Assembly: GCA_029936215.1 (NCBI GenBank)
Contig: JAPYUD010000001.1
Location: forward strand, 1 to 27,796
DNA: 27,796 nucleotides
Source: Pirellulaceae bacterium
GTDB taxonomy: Bacteria > Planctomycetota > Planctomycetia > Pirellulales > Pirellulaceae
Reading direction: 5' to 3'
The translations under genes were made by a program, and so were the position numbers. Each line of letters begins with the position of its first letter. The first letter of the stretch is position 1. Below are positions 19,513 through 26,563 of the stretch, piece after piece. The notes beneath the pieces are model-generated. The model was not told the origin of the DNA. It did no database searches and saw only the letters and a list, made by a program, of their open reading frames with translations.

Positions 19513-20628
19513 TCAATCCTCGTCCGCATCGCCGATGCTTATCGCCGCCGGTCGACCGGGCACCTGTCCCTCGAGGTTCCGGTGGGCAACCAGCTCGGCA
19601 CAGATACTGACCGCGATTTCCGGAACCGTCTGGGAACCAATACTGATTCCCAGCGGGGCGTAGACAGCATCCAGTGCCTGTTGCGAGATCCCCTGGTCCA
19701 GCAGGTCCCGGAAGATCATCTTGATCTTGCGTTTCGAGCCAATCATGCCGACATAGCGGGCTCCCCGTTCGGCCAGGTGGAAGAGTGCCTGTTCGTCATG
19801 CTGGTGACCACGGGTAACAATCAGGCAGTAGGTACTTGCGTCGATATCGATTGCCGGCAGGGTCTGCTCGATCCTCCCGGCAATCCTCTCACGGGCGGTG
19901 GGGAACCGCTCCTCGGAGACAATTCCCTCGCGGTCATCAACCACGCAGACTTCAAAGTCGAGCTGGCTTGCCAGGCCGGCAACTGCCTGGCCGACATGCC
20001 CGCCGCCAACAATCACCAGCTTGCAGCGGGGCAGCTCCGGCAGGTAACTGAGGCCTGCTTCGGCGTGAGGCCTTGGCCGATCCTCGAGGGGTCTGAGGTG
20101 GTGCTGAATCTGCTGAACCTGTTCGTCACTGACACGGTCTTCTGTCGGGCCGAGAGCGGTCCAGCTGGCCACCAGTTGCTGATCCTGGTCAAAAAGAAAA
20201 CTACTGGGCACGGGCAGACCAGACGCTTCTGGATCGAAGGCGATTGCCTCGCTGATCCCCCGTCCCCCGTCGACTGCTTCAAGCAGGTGGCTGTAATATT
20301 CTCGAGCATCCGGGGTCGAGAGCGGCTGGATCAGCACCTGCATGCGGCCACCGCAGATCAGGCCGTCATCCCAGCCATAATCACTATCCAGCTGAAAACA
20401 GGAGACCTCTGCCCTTTCTTCTTCCAGCAATGCAAGCGATCGCCGCTTGACCTCGGCCTCCACGCAACCTCCCCCGAGCGTTCCTGCCTGGGAACCATCC
20501 GGGTAGATCAACATCATCGCTCCCGCCTTCTGGGGTGTGCTGCCACGGGTCTCAACCAGTCGGCAGCAGGCGACCGGGGTTTCCCCCCGGATCGCATCCT
20601 CCAGCTCAGAGAGCAACTCACGCATCAT
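19513..20628 (-). CDS. xdhC: XdhC/CoxI family molybdoenzyme maturation factor
   Basis: GSTPQKAGA.M, GTLGGGCVE, LICGG, Rossmann IVGGGHVG, VTRGH.HD, YVGMIGS..K, PLGISIG..T..EIAVSI.AE motifs. Confidence 0.92.
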   Translation of the reverse strand: MMRELLSELEDAIRGETPVACCRLVETRGSTPQKAGAMMLIYPDGSQAGTLGGGCVEAEVKRRSLALLEEERAEVSCFQLDSDYGWDDGLICGGRMQVLIQPLSTPDAREYYSHLLEAVDGGRGISEAIAFDPEASGLPVPSSFLFDQDQQLVASWTALGPTEDRVSDEQVQQIQHHLRPLEDRPRPHAEAGLSYLPELPRCKLVIVGGGHVGQAVAGLASQLDFEVCVVDDREGIVSEERFPTARERIAGRIEQTLPAIDIDASTYCLIVTRGHQHDEQALFHLAERGARYVGMIGSKRKIKMIFRDLLDQGISQQALDAVYAPLGISIGSQTVPEIAVSICAELVAHRNLEGQVPGRPAAISIGDADED

Positions 20629-20634
20629 TATCTC

Positions 20635-20943
20635 TCAACAGGATTGCAGGATCTGTAGCTTGGATTGATGGATCATCTCCCTGACCCGTGGCCGGTAGGC
20701 AACCATGTGCTCGGCAACCAGGTGGTCCTTGAGGTGATCAAGGCTCTCCCAGGATTCCACGATTGTCAGCACGTTGTCCCCCGCCGTGACCTGGGCATCG
20801 ATACCGGTTTCCGCATCCACCGCCGGGCCATAGGAAACACAACCCGCTTCCTCAAGCACCAGTGGTACCACCTTGTGAAATTCTTCCAGGAAGTCATCTC
20901 GACGTCCCTCGTGAAGTTCGACAGTGACAATCACATGAATCAT
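20635..20943 (-). CDS. Antibiotic biosynthesis monooxygenase (ABM) / putative quinol monooxygenase (YgiN-like)
   Basis: 102 aa. E.GC.SY, IVESWES..HL..HL...HM..Y pattern. Confidence 0.85.
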   Translation of the reverse strand: MIHVIVTVELHEGRRDDFLEEFHKVVPLVLEEAGCVSYGPAVDAETGIDAQVTAGDNVLTIVESWESLDHLKDHLVAEHMVAYRPRVREMIHQSKLQILQSC

Positions 20944-20982
20944 GAAAAAACAGCTCCCGGCGTGAAAGGAAGACTCCAGCTT

Positions 20983-22476
20983 TTACTTTTCCCGTGCCTC
21001 GGTCAACTCGATCGCCTTGAGAAGTCCGCGGGCCTTGTTAAGCGTCTCCTGGTATTCCATTTCCGGGACACTGTCGGCAACGATCCCCGCACCTGCCTGG
21101 ATATAGACCCGGTCTCCCTGGATCACCAGGGTCCGCAGGGCAATACAGGTATCCATGTTCCCCACGTAGTCAATGTACCCGACCGCCCCGGCGTAGGGGC
21201 CACGTCGATGCGGCTCCAGCTCATCAATAATTTCCATCGCCCGCACCTTGGGGGCCCCCGAGACGGTTCCGGCCGGCAGGCTTGCTACCAGGGCATCAAA
21301 GGCATCCTTCCCGTCAGCCAGCTCGCCAGTCACATTGGAGGTGATATGCATGACATGGCTATAGCGTTCAATCTCCATCACGTCCGAGAGTTCCACGCTC
21401 CCGTAACGGGCAACTCGCCCCACGTCATTTCTCCCCAGGTCGACAAGCATAACGTGTTCTGCACGTTCCTTCGGATCGGCCAGCAGTTCCTCGGCCAGCT
21501 GCTGATCCTCCTGCTCGGTCTCTCCTCGCTGCCGGGTCCCCGCCAGCGGCCTGAGCGTGACCGTGCCATCCACGACCCGGCACATGATCTCCGGGGAACT
21601 CCCCACCAGCGTCGTCTCTGGGGTGCGAAGAAAGAACATGAAGGGGCTGGGGTTGACGACACGCAGTGAACGGTAGATCTCCAGGGGATTCGAGGCGATC
21701 TGGACTTCCAGTCGCTGGCTGATCACCACCTGGAAAACATCCCCCGCCTGGATGTACTCCACGCAGCGCCGGACGGCAGATTCGAACTCGGATTGTTCGA
21801 AGTTGGATGTGAAGGCCAGCTCGGTTTCTCCCCCCGTGCTGATATCCACGGTGGGCAGCGGATCGCTCGGTCCGGAGAGCTTCTCCACCAGCTGGTCCAC
21901 CTGTCGAGCAGCATCGGCATAGGCACCGGCCGCATCCCCCTCGCAACGATCCAGGCGAGCCATGGCAATCACGGTAACTGTCTTGTTGACGTTGTCGAAC
22001 ACGACCAGCTGATCGTAGAAAGCAAACGACATATCCGGCAGCTGACGATCATCAGGCGGGGCCCCGGGCAGGTCTTCTTCATAACGCACCACGTCATAGC
22101 CGGCATATCCCACCGCCCCGCCGGTAAAGGGTGGCAGGTCGTCCAGTGAGGCGGCCTGCAAACCGGTAATCCGTTGCCGCAGCTCCTCCAGCGGATTCTC
22201 TACGTCCAGCTGCTCCGTTTCTCCATCCTGCGTGATCGTCACCCGTTGTTGGTGGGCCTGGAATTCCATGAACGGAGTAACCGCCAGGAAACTGTAGCGG
22301 CCAACTTTCTCGCCCCCGATCACGCTTTCAAAAAGGCAGGCACTTCCACCATCGTCGATCCTGTGGAAGGCAGAAACCGGGGTCAGTGCATCTCCCAGCA
22401 GGCGGCGGTAGACCGGGATTAACTGGAAGTCCCGGGCAAGTTCAGAAAACGTCTCTTGGTCCGGGAAATGCGGCAT
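20983..22476 (-). CDS. trpE: Anthranilate synthase component I
   Basis: LFES...GRYS, GGAVGY..YD, YIQAGDVFQVV.S, NPSPFMF, GSSPE, PLAGT, KERAEH.MLVDLGRND, PAGTVSGAPK, RG.YAGAVGY, QAGAGIVADS. Start placed at ATG 22476 (MPHFPD); the longer ORF runs through the divergent promoter region. Confidence 0.95.
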   Translation of the reverse strand: MPHFPDQETFSELARDFQLIPVYRRLLGDALTPVSAFHRIDDGGSACLFESVIGGEKVGRYSFLAVTPFMEFQAHQQRVTITQDGETEQLDVENPLEELRQRITGLQAASLDDLPPFTGGAVGYAGYDVVRYEEDLPGAPPDDRQLPDMSFAFYDQLVVFDNVNKTVTVIAMARLDRCEGDAAGAYADAARQVDQLVEKLSGPSDPLPTVDISTGGETELAFTSNFEQSEFESAVRRCVEYIQAGDVFQVVISQRLEVQIASNPLEIYRSLRVVNPSPFMFFLRTPETTLVGSSPEIMCRVVDGTVTLRPLAGTRQRGETEQEDQQLAEELLADPKERAEHVMLVDLGRNDVGRVARYGSVELSDVMEIERYSHVMHITSNVTGELADGKDAFDALVASLPAGTVSGAPKVRAMEIIDELEPHRRGPYAGAVGYIDYVGNMDTCIALRTLVIQGDRVYIQAGAGIVADSVPEMEYQETLNKARGLLKAIELTEAREK

Positions 22477-22603
22477 GGCACGATATTGGGAGAGAGAAGT
22501 TGCCAGGCCAGCAGGGGCACCGCCAGGCCCATTTTTCCAGCCTATCAGTGACCTGACGTGCTGACAACGCCCACTACCTGGAGCGGCTCCTGATCGGTCA
22601 ACC

Positions 22604-22631
22604 TTGACAGTTTCCGACCCCTTGCTAGAAT
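22604..22631 (+). promoter_or_regulatory. Strong sigma70-type promoter for mcsAB: TTGACA-N16-TAGAAT with extended TG
   Basis: Perfect -35 at 22604-22609, TG at 22623-22624, -10 at 22626-22631. Confidence 0.65.
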
Positions 22632-22758
22632 CCCAACCGCCCCAGTAAGCCATGCAATAACAGTAATTTGCAGCGATTCCTTCCTTTCCCTCCTGGAGCG
22701 GGGCCTGTCCTCAAGTGGCTCCCAGGCAGGGAGCGGAATATCCTGAGTAGTTGTCGCC

Positions 22759-23271
22759 ATGAAATGTCAACATTGTGAAAAACCCGCCACGTTTCATATC
22801 ACCGAGCTGGCGGGAGATGTGCCCGAGGAACTCCATCTCTGCGAGGATCATGCGCGGGTCTACTTGATGCAGGCTGACGAGCCGGACGAGATGGCACCAT
22901 CGATTGCAGGGGCCCTGGCACAACACCTGAAGATCTCACAAACGGCCGAGGAACTCTCACAGCTGGACAAGCAACAGTGTCCGGTGTGCGAGATCACTTT
23001 CTACGAGTTCCGCCACGCGGGGCGACTTGGGTGCCCGCATGATTACGTTTTCTTCAGTGAGGAACTGGAACCGTTGATCCTGAATATTCATGGTGCCACC
23101 AATCACGTCGGGAAAACGCCGAAACGGGGTAAGCCGGCCACGGATGATCAGACAGAGTTGATTCGCCTGCGAAGGGAACTGGAATCCGCAGTAGAACTCG
23201 AAGAATACGAGCGTGCCTCTCAACTGAGAGACCAGATCAAGAGCCTGAAAGAGGATAACCAGCCGGAATGA
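22759..23271 (+). CDS. mcsA: McsA, protein-arginine kinase activator (Zn-binding motifs plus C-terminal UVR domain)
   Basis: CQHC, CEDH, CPVC, GRLGCPHDY, H.GK.P and UVR motif AV..EEYERA..LRDQI; followed by mcsB. Confidence 0.9.
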   Translation: MKCQHCEKPATFHITELAGDVPEELHLCEDHARVYLMQADEPDEMAPSIAGALAQHLKISQTAEELSQLDKQQCPVCEITFYEFRHAGRLGCPHDYVFFSEELEPLILNIHGATNHVGKTPKRGKPATDDQTELIRLRRELESAVELEEYERASQLRDQIKSLKEDNQPE

Positions 23272-23306
23272 GCCGGTGACTGTTAGCAGGAGAGGAGTGA
23301 AGCAGG

Positions 23307-24380
23307 GTGAACCTGGAAGAACTTGCACAGAAATGTGGAGAATGGTTACGTGGTTCCGGCCCCGAGTCGGACATCGTGATCAGTTCGCGCATTCGCCTTG
23401 CCCGCAACTTTGCGGACTTTCCCTTTATCCGCAAGTGTTCCGAGCAGGATCGGGCGAACGTGGAAAAGCAGCTGCGAACGGCTATCGAGAGTGAGAAACG
23501 TTGGGAAAACCTGACTTACATCGATGTCGACAGCCTGCCGGAGGTGGACCGCCAGTTCCTGGTAGAACGCCAGTTGATCAGCCGTGAGCATGCCGATGCA
23601 AGCGGCGCCCGGGCTGTTGCGATTGATCCAGATGAACAGTTCAGCCTGATGATCAATGAAGAAGATCACCTCCGTATCCAGGTCATGAAAAGTGGGCTGG
23701 ATCTGCCAGCTGCCTGGAAACAGGTCGACCAGATTGACGACATGCTGGAGAAGTCAATCACCTTCGCCTACCATCCCTCGCTCGGATACCTGACGGCATG
23801 TCCAACCAACGTCGGAACAGGAATGCGAGTAAGCGTGATGTTGCACCTGCCCGCCCTGGTAATCACCCAGCAGATCGACAAGGTCTTCCGCAGCCTGCAG
23901 AAAATCAGCCTGGCCGTGCGGGGACTCTACGGGGAAGGTTCCCAGGCCATGGGAGACTTCTACCAGATCAGCAACCAGATAACGCTGGGCCGCAGCGAGG
24001 AAGAACTCATCACCCAGGTCAACGAGGTGATCCCGGTGATGATCGATTACGAACGCAAGGCCCGCCAGTTCCTTATCAAGGAGAGCCACGAGGACCTGCA
24101 CGACCGCGTCAGCCGGGCATACGGGATCCTTTGTACGGCCAAGACGATCAGCAGCGAGGAGACCATGCACCTGCTCTCGAGCCTGCGGATGGGAGTCAAC
24201 TTGGGGCTGATCGACAACCTGGAAATCCCGGTCATCAACAAGCTCTTCATCCATACCCAGCCTGCTCACCTGCAGAAATTACGGGGCATGCTGCTGGACA
24301 CCGCGGATCGGAATGCCGAGCGTGCCCACTACCTGCAGAAGCACCTCCGCAGTGGTGAGGATCCGGTGGAGAATAACTAG
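23307..24380 (+). CDS. mcsB: McsB protein-arginine kinase
   Basis: IVISSRIRLARN, LVERQLIS, INEEDHLRIQ, YLTACPTNVGTGMRVSVMLHLP, VRGLYGEGS, YQISNQITLG, HTQPAHLQ. GTG start with GGAG SD. Confidence 0.95.
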   Translation: MNLEELAQKCGEWLRGSGPESDIVISSRIRLARNFADFPFIRKCSEQDRANVEKQLRTAIESEKRWENLTYIDVDSLPEVDRQFLVERQLISREHADASGARAVAIDPDEQFSLMINEEDHLRIQVMKSGLDLPAAWKQVDQIDDMLEKSITFAYHPSLGYLTACPTNVGTGMRVSVMLHLPALVITQQIDKVFRSLQKISLAVRGLYGEGSQAMGDFYQISNQITLGRSEEELITQVNEVIPVMIDYERKARQFLIKESHEDLHDRVSRAYGILCTAKTISSEETMHLLSSLRMGVNLGLIDNLEIPVINKLFIHTQPAHLQKLRGMLLDTADRNAERAHYLQKHLRSGEDPVENN

Positions 24381-24390
24381 GTGGCCACGC

Positions 24391-24882
24391 TCAACCACTC
24401 AGCTTCTGTCGCACCTCGGGAATGATCTCCTCAGGGATGAAACGCGAGAGCATCTTATCGCTGGACATCACCGCGATCTGCTTGATGAGCGTGCTGGAGA
24501 TATGAGCAAAGTCCTCGTCCGCCATCAGGAAAACCGTTTCCACATCCTCATCCAGCTGCCGATTGGCCATCATCATGGTGAACTCCGCAGCGATATCGGT
24601 GAGCGGCCGGACTCCGCGGATCATCACCCGCGCGTCACACTCCCGCACAAACTGAACGGCCAGACCCTCGAAAACTCGCACCTCCACGTTGTCCCATTTT
24701 TCGGTCACCCGCTGCACCAGCTGAAGACGCTCCTGCGGGGTAAAAAGTTCTTCCTTTTCGACGTTCGTACCGATACCGATAATCAAGTGATCCACCAGCC
24801 GGCGTCCACGTTCGATCACGTTCATGTGACCGAGCGTGATTGGATCAAAAGAACCGGTATAAACAGCAACTCGATTGTCCAT
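24391..24882 (-). CDS. coaD: Phosphopantetheine adenylyltransferase
   Basis: YTGSFDPITLGH, IRGVR, AEF.M...NR.L..D.ETVF, ISSTLIK motifs. Start placed at ATG 24882. Confidence 0.96.
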   Translation of the reverse strand: MDNRVAVYTGSFDPITLGHMNVIERGRRLVDHLIIGIGTNVEKEELFTPQERLQLVQRVTEKWDNVEVRVFEGLAVQFVRECDARVMIRGVRPLTDIAAEFTMMMANRQLDEDVETVFLMADEDFAHISSTLIKQIAVMSSDKMLSRFIPEEIIPEVRQKLSG

Positions 24883-24918
24883 GGTGACTTTCCTGCCAGG
24901 CAGAACCTCCACTGGATC

Positions 24919-24943
24919 CCCTCGGCAACCCTCGGCAACCCTC
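24919..24943. repeat. Tandem 10-bp repeat (CCCTCGGCAA x2.5)
   Basis: Exact period-10 identity across 24919-24943, in the gap between the PLP enzyme stop and coaD. Confidence 0.8.
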
Positions 24944-26107
24944 TCAATTGTCACAGAGTGCATCGATTAGACGACTGATATCCTCTTCATCAACATAGGC
25001 ATGGGGACTGATCCGGAGCAACCCGTTACGGCAACTCAAGACGATGTTTTTCTGCAGGCAGTGCCGGCGAACCGCCGGAAGATTTTTTCCCGGAAGGTCA
25101 AAAGCAACAATCCCCGACCGCCCCTCCCCCTCTCGCCGACTGGCAATCGTGGCGCCTATTTGCTCCAGCCTCTGGCAGGCATGGTCGGTAATATCCAGGA
25201 CCCGGGTGGCCAGTTCGCTAGAGCCGGCACGGAGGCCACAGTCCGCAAGAAGCTGCAGGCTGGCACCCAGTGCAGTGATTCCCACCATGTTCTGGGACCC
25301 TCCCTCGTAGCGAGCGGCGGTCCCGCGTGGTCGCCATTCAATACGGTCAAACTGGTTCGCATGTTCCACACTGTTCCAACCGGCACCGAGGGGACGCAAG
25401 AGCTGAAGATGTTCACGGCGAAGGTAGAAGATCCCGGCACCCTCGGGAGCGAGTAACCACTTGTGACCGTCGGCAGCAAGGAAATCCACCTCCACCGACT
25501 GCACGTCGAGAGGGAAAACTCCCAGCCCCTGGATCGCATCCAGAAATACCAGGATGCCTCGCCGGTGGGCCTGCTCGACAATCGACGCGATGTCCAGTCG
25601 CCAGCCGGTACAGAATGAGATCCAGCTTACCGTGATCAAGCGAGTTCGATCATCACAGGCCTCCAGTAACCGGTCGAGGTCCGGAGCAATCGCGTCGACA
25701 GGTACCCTCCGGGTCTCCACACCCCGGTCCTCGAGATTCATCCAGGGGTAAAGATTGGAAGGGAACTCGTTTGCCAGCGTGACGACATTATCGCCGTCCT
25801 GCCACGGAAATCCCTCTGCGACCAGCTCAATACCGCTACTGGTATTTGGGACGAAAGCAATTTCCTCGGCTGTCGCACCCAGCATGCTGGCAGCCTGGTC
25901 ACGCACTTTTTCCACGTTGCTAGCCCACTCGTTCCAGGACAAGACTGCCTGGCAGGCTGCCTGGTCCACCCAGGCCCGCACCGCCTGTCGTGTCGGTTCA
26001 GGGAGTGGACTTACCGCTGCATGGTCAAAATAGGCAACCTTCCCGGCAATCGGCATCTGTTGCCTTAGAGCCTGCAGGGCGAGCGATGGGTTCTCATGCC
26101 GATTCAC
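24944..26107 (-). CDS. Class V PLP-dependent enzyme (cysteine desulfurase-like / aminotransferase class V)
   Basis: YFDHAAVSP, NTSSG, EFPSN, DAIQGLG, AADGHKWLLAPEGAG (PLP Lys), LRISPHAY. Start is uncertain (GTG 26107, ATG 26056 or ATG 26209). Confidence 0.88.
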   Translation of the reverse strand: MNRHENPSLALQALRQQMPIAGKVAYFDHAAVSPLPEPTRQAVRAWVDQAACQAVLSWNEWASNVEKVRDQAASMLGATAEEIAFVPNTSSGIELVAEGFPWQDGDNVVTLANEFPSNLYPWMNLEDRGVETRRVPVDAIAPDLDRLLEACDDRTRLITVSWISFCTGWRLDIASIVEQAHRRGILVFLDAIQGLGVFPLDVQSVEVDFLAADGHKWLLAPEGAGIFYLRREHLQLLRPLGAGWNSVEHANQFDRIEWRPRGTAARYEGGSQNMVGITALGASLQLLADCGLRAGSSELATRVLDITDHACQRLEQIGATIASRREGEGRSGIVAFDLPGKNLPAVRRHCLQKNIVLSCRNGLLRISPHAYVDEEDISRLIDALCDN

Positions 26108-26245
26108 GATAACTGTCCCTGCAAACGCCCCCGGACCACGAGCCATCAATTCTCCAGGCAACACCAGCCCACTCACTCCGGTAGAAAAACTGGACTCGCA
26201 ATGAATCACACAATGAAGATAGAATTCGCAGCCTGCTGGGAATAC

Positions 26246-26282
26246 TATAATATCTGGTCGCTGTCAGACGATGTCCTATACT
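26246..26282. promoter_or_regulatory. AT-rich divergent promoter region with -10-like hexamers (TATAAT 26246-26251 and TATACT 26277-26282 on +; TATAGT 26249-26244 on -)
   Basis: Hexamers seen directly between divergent genes. Which ones are used is unknown. Confidence 0.4.
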
Positions 26283-26310
26283 AGCAGATAACCTGTAGAT
26301 TGCTCATTTC

Positions 26311-26329
26311 AGGCGAAGTTGCCTTTTTT
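26311..26329 (+). terminator. Weak intrinsic-terminator-like hairpin AGGCG-AAGT-TGCCT followed by T-run
   Basis: 5-bp stem including one G-U pair, then TTTTT. It lies upstream of the ATG at 26352, not after a gene. Confidence 0.35.
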
Positions 26330-26351
26330 CGGATAGAAGAGAATTAACACC

Positions 26352-26534
26352 ATGTCCAAGGTTCTTTGCTACTCGGGAATAGCAACGGCAGCCATGCTGT
26401 TGATCCTGTTTTCCCTGGATCTTGCAGTTGGCGTGCCCTTCAAGAAAGCCGATACGCTGATGGACATTATCTTCCTGGTCTCCTCCATGGGACTGGGATT
26501 TATCAGCTGGCTAACGCTGCGAGAGCTGAAATAG
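26352..26534 (+). CDS. Small (60 aa) two-TM membrane protein of unknown function
   Basis: Two hydrophobic stretches joined by DLAVGVPFKKADTLMD, basic C-terminus WLTLRELK; own upstream promoter-like region. Confidence 0.75.
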   Translation: MSKVLCYSGIATAAMLLILFSLDLAVGVPFKKADTLMDIIFLVSSMGLGFISWLTLRELK

Positions 26535-26563
26535 CTGGAAGCCGTGACCAGGTACCGGGGCAT

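Noticed and set aside
19582-21669. 358-aa and 334-aa + strand ORFs opposite xdhC, ABM and trpE
   Set aside because: Same in-register antisense shadow; no recognisable domains.
22590-22640. Canonical CtsR or HrcA (CIRCE) operator at mcsA
   Set aside because: There is no heptad direct repeat and no TTAGCACTC-N9-GAGTGCTAA; only the inverted repeat reported above.
22477-22653. 59-aa in-frame N-terminal extension of TrpE containing three Trp codons, considered as attenuation-like control
   Set aside because: It runs through the divergent mcsA promoter and is not a separate leader peptide. No terminator/antiterminator or T-box was seen.
26201-26284. 27-codon aromatic-rich ORF (..CWEYYNIW..LY) ending just before the terminator-like leader
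   Set aside because: The Tyr/Asn codons are simply the TATAAT/TATACT promoter hexamers. There is no good SD, and the downstream gene has no link to aromatic amino acids.
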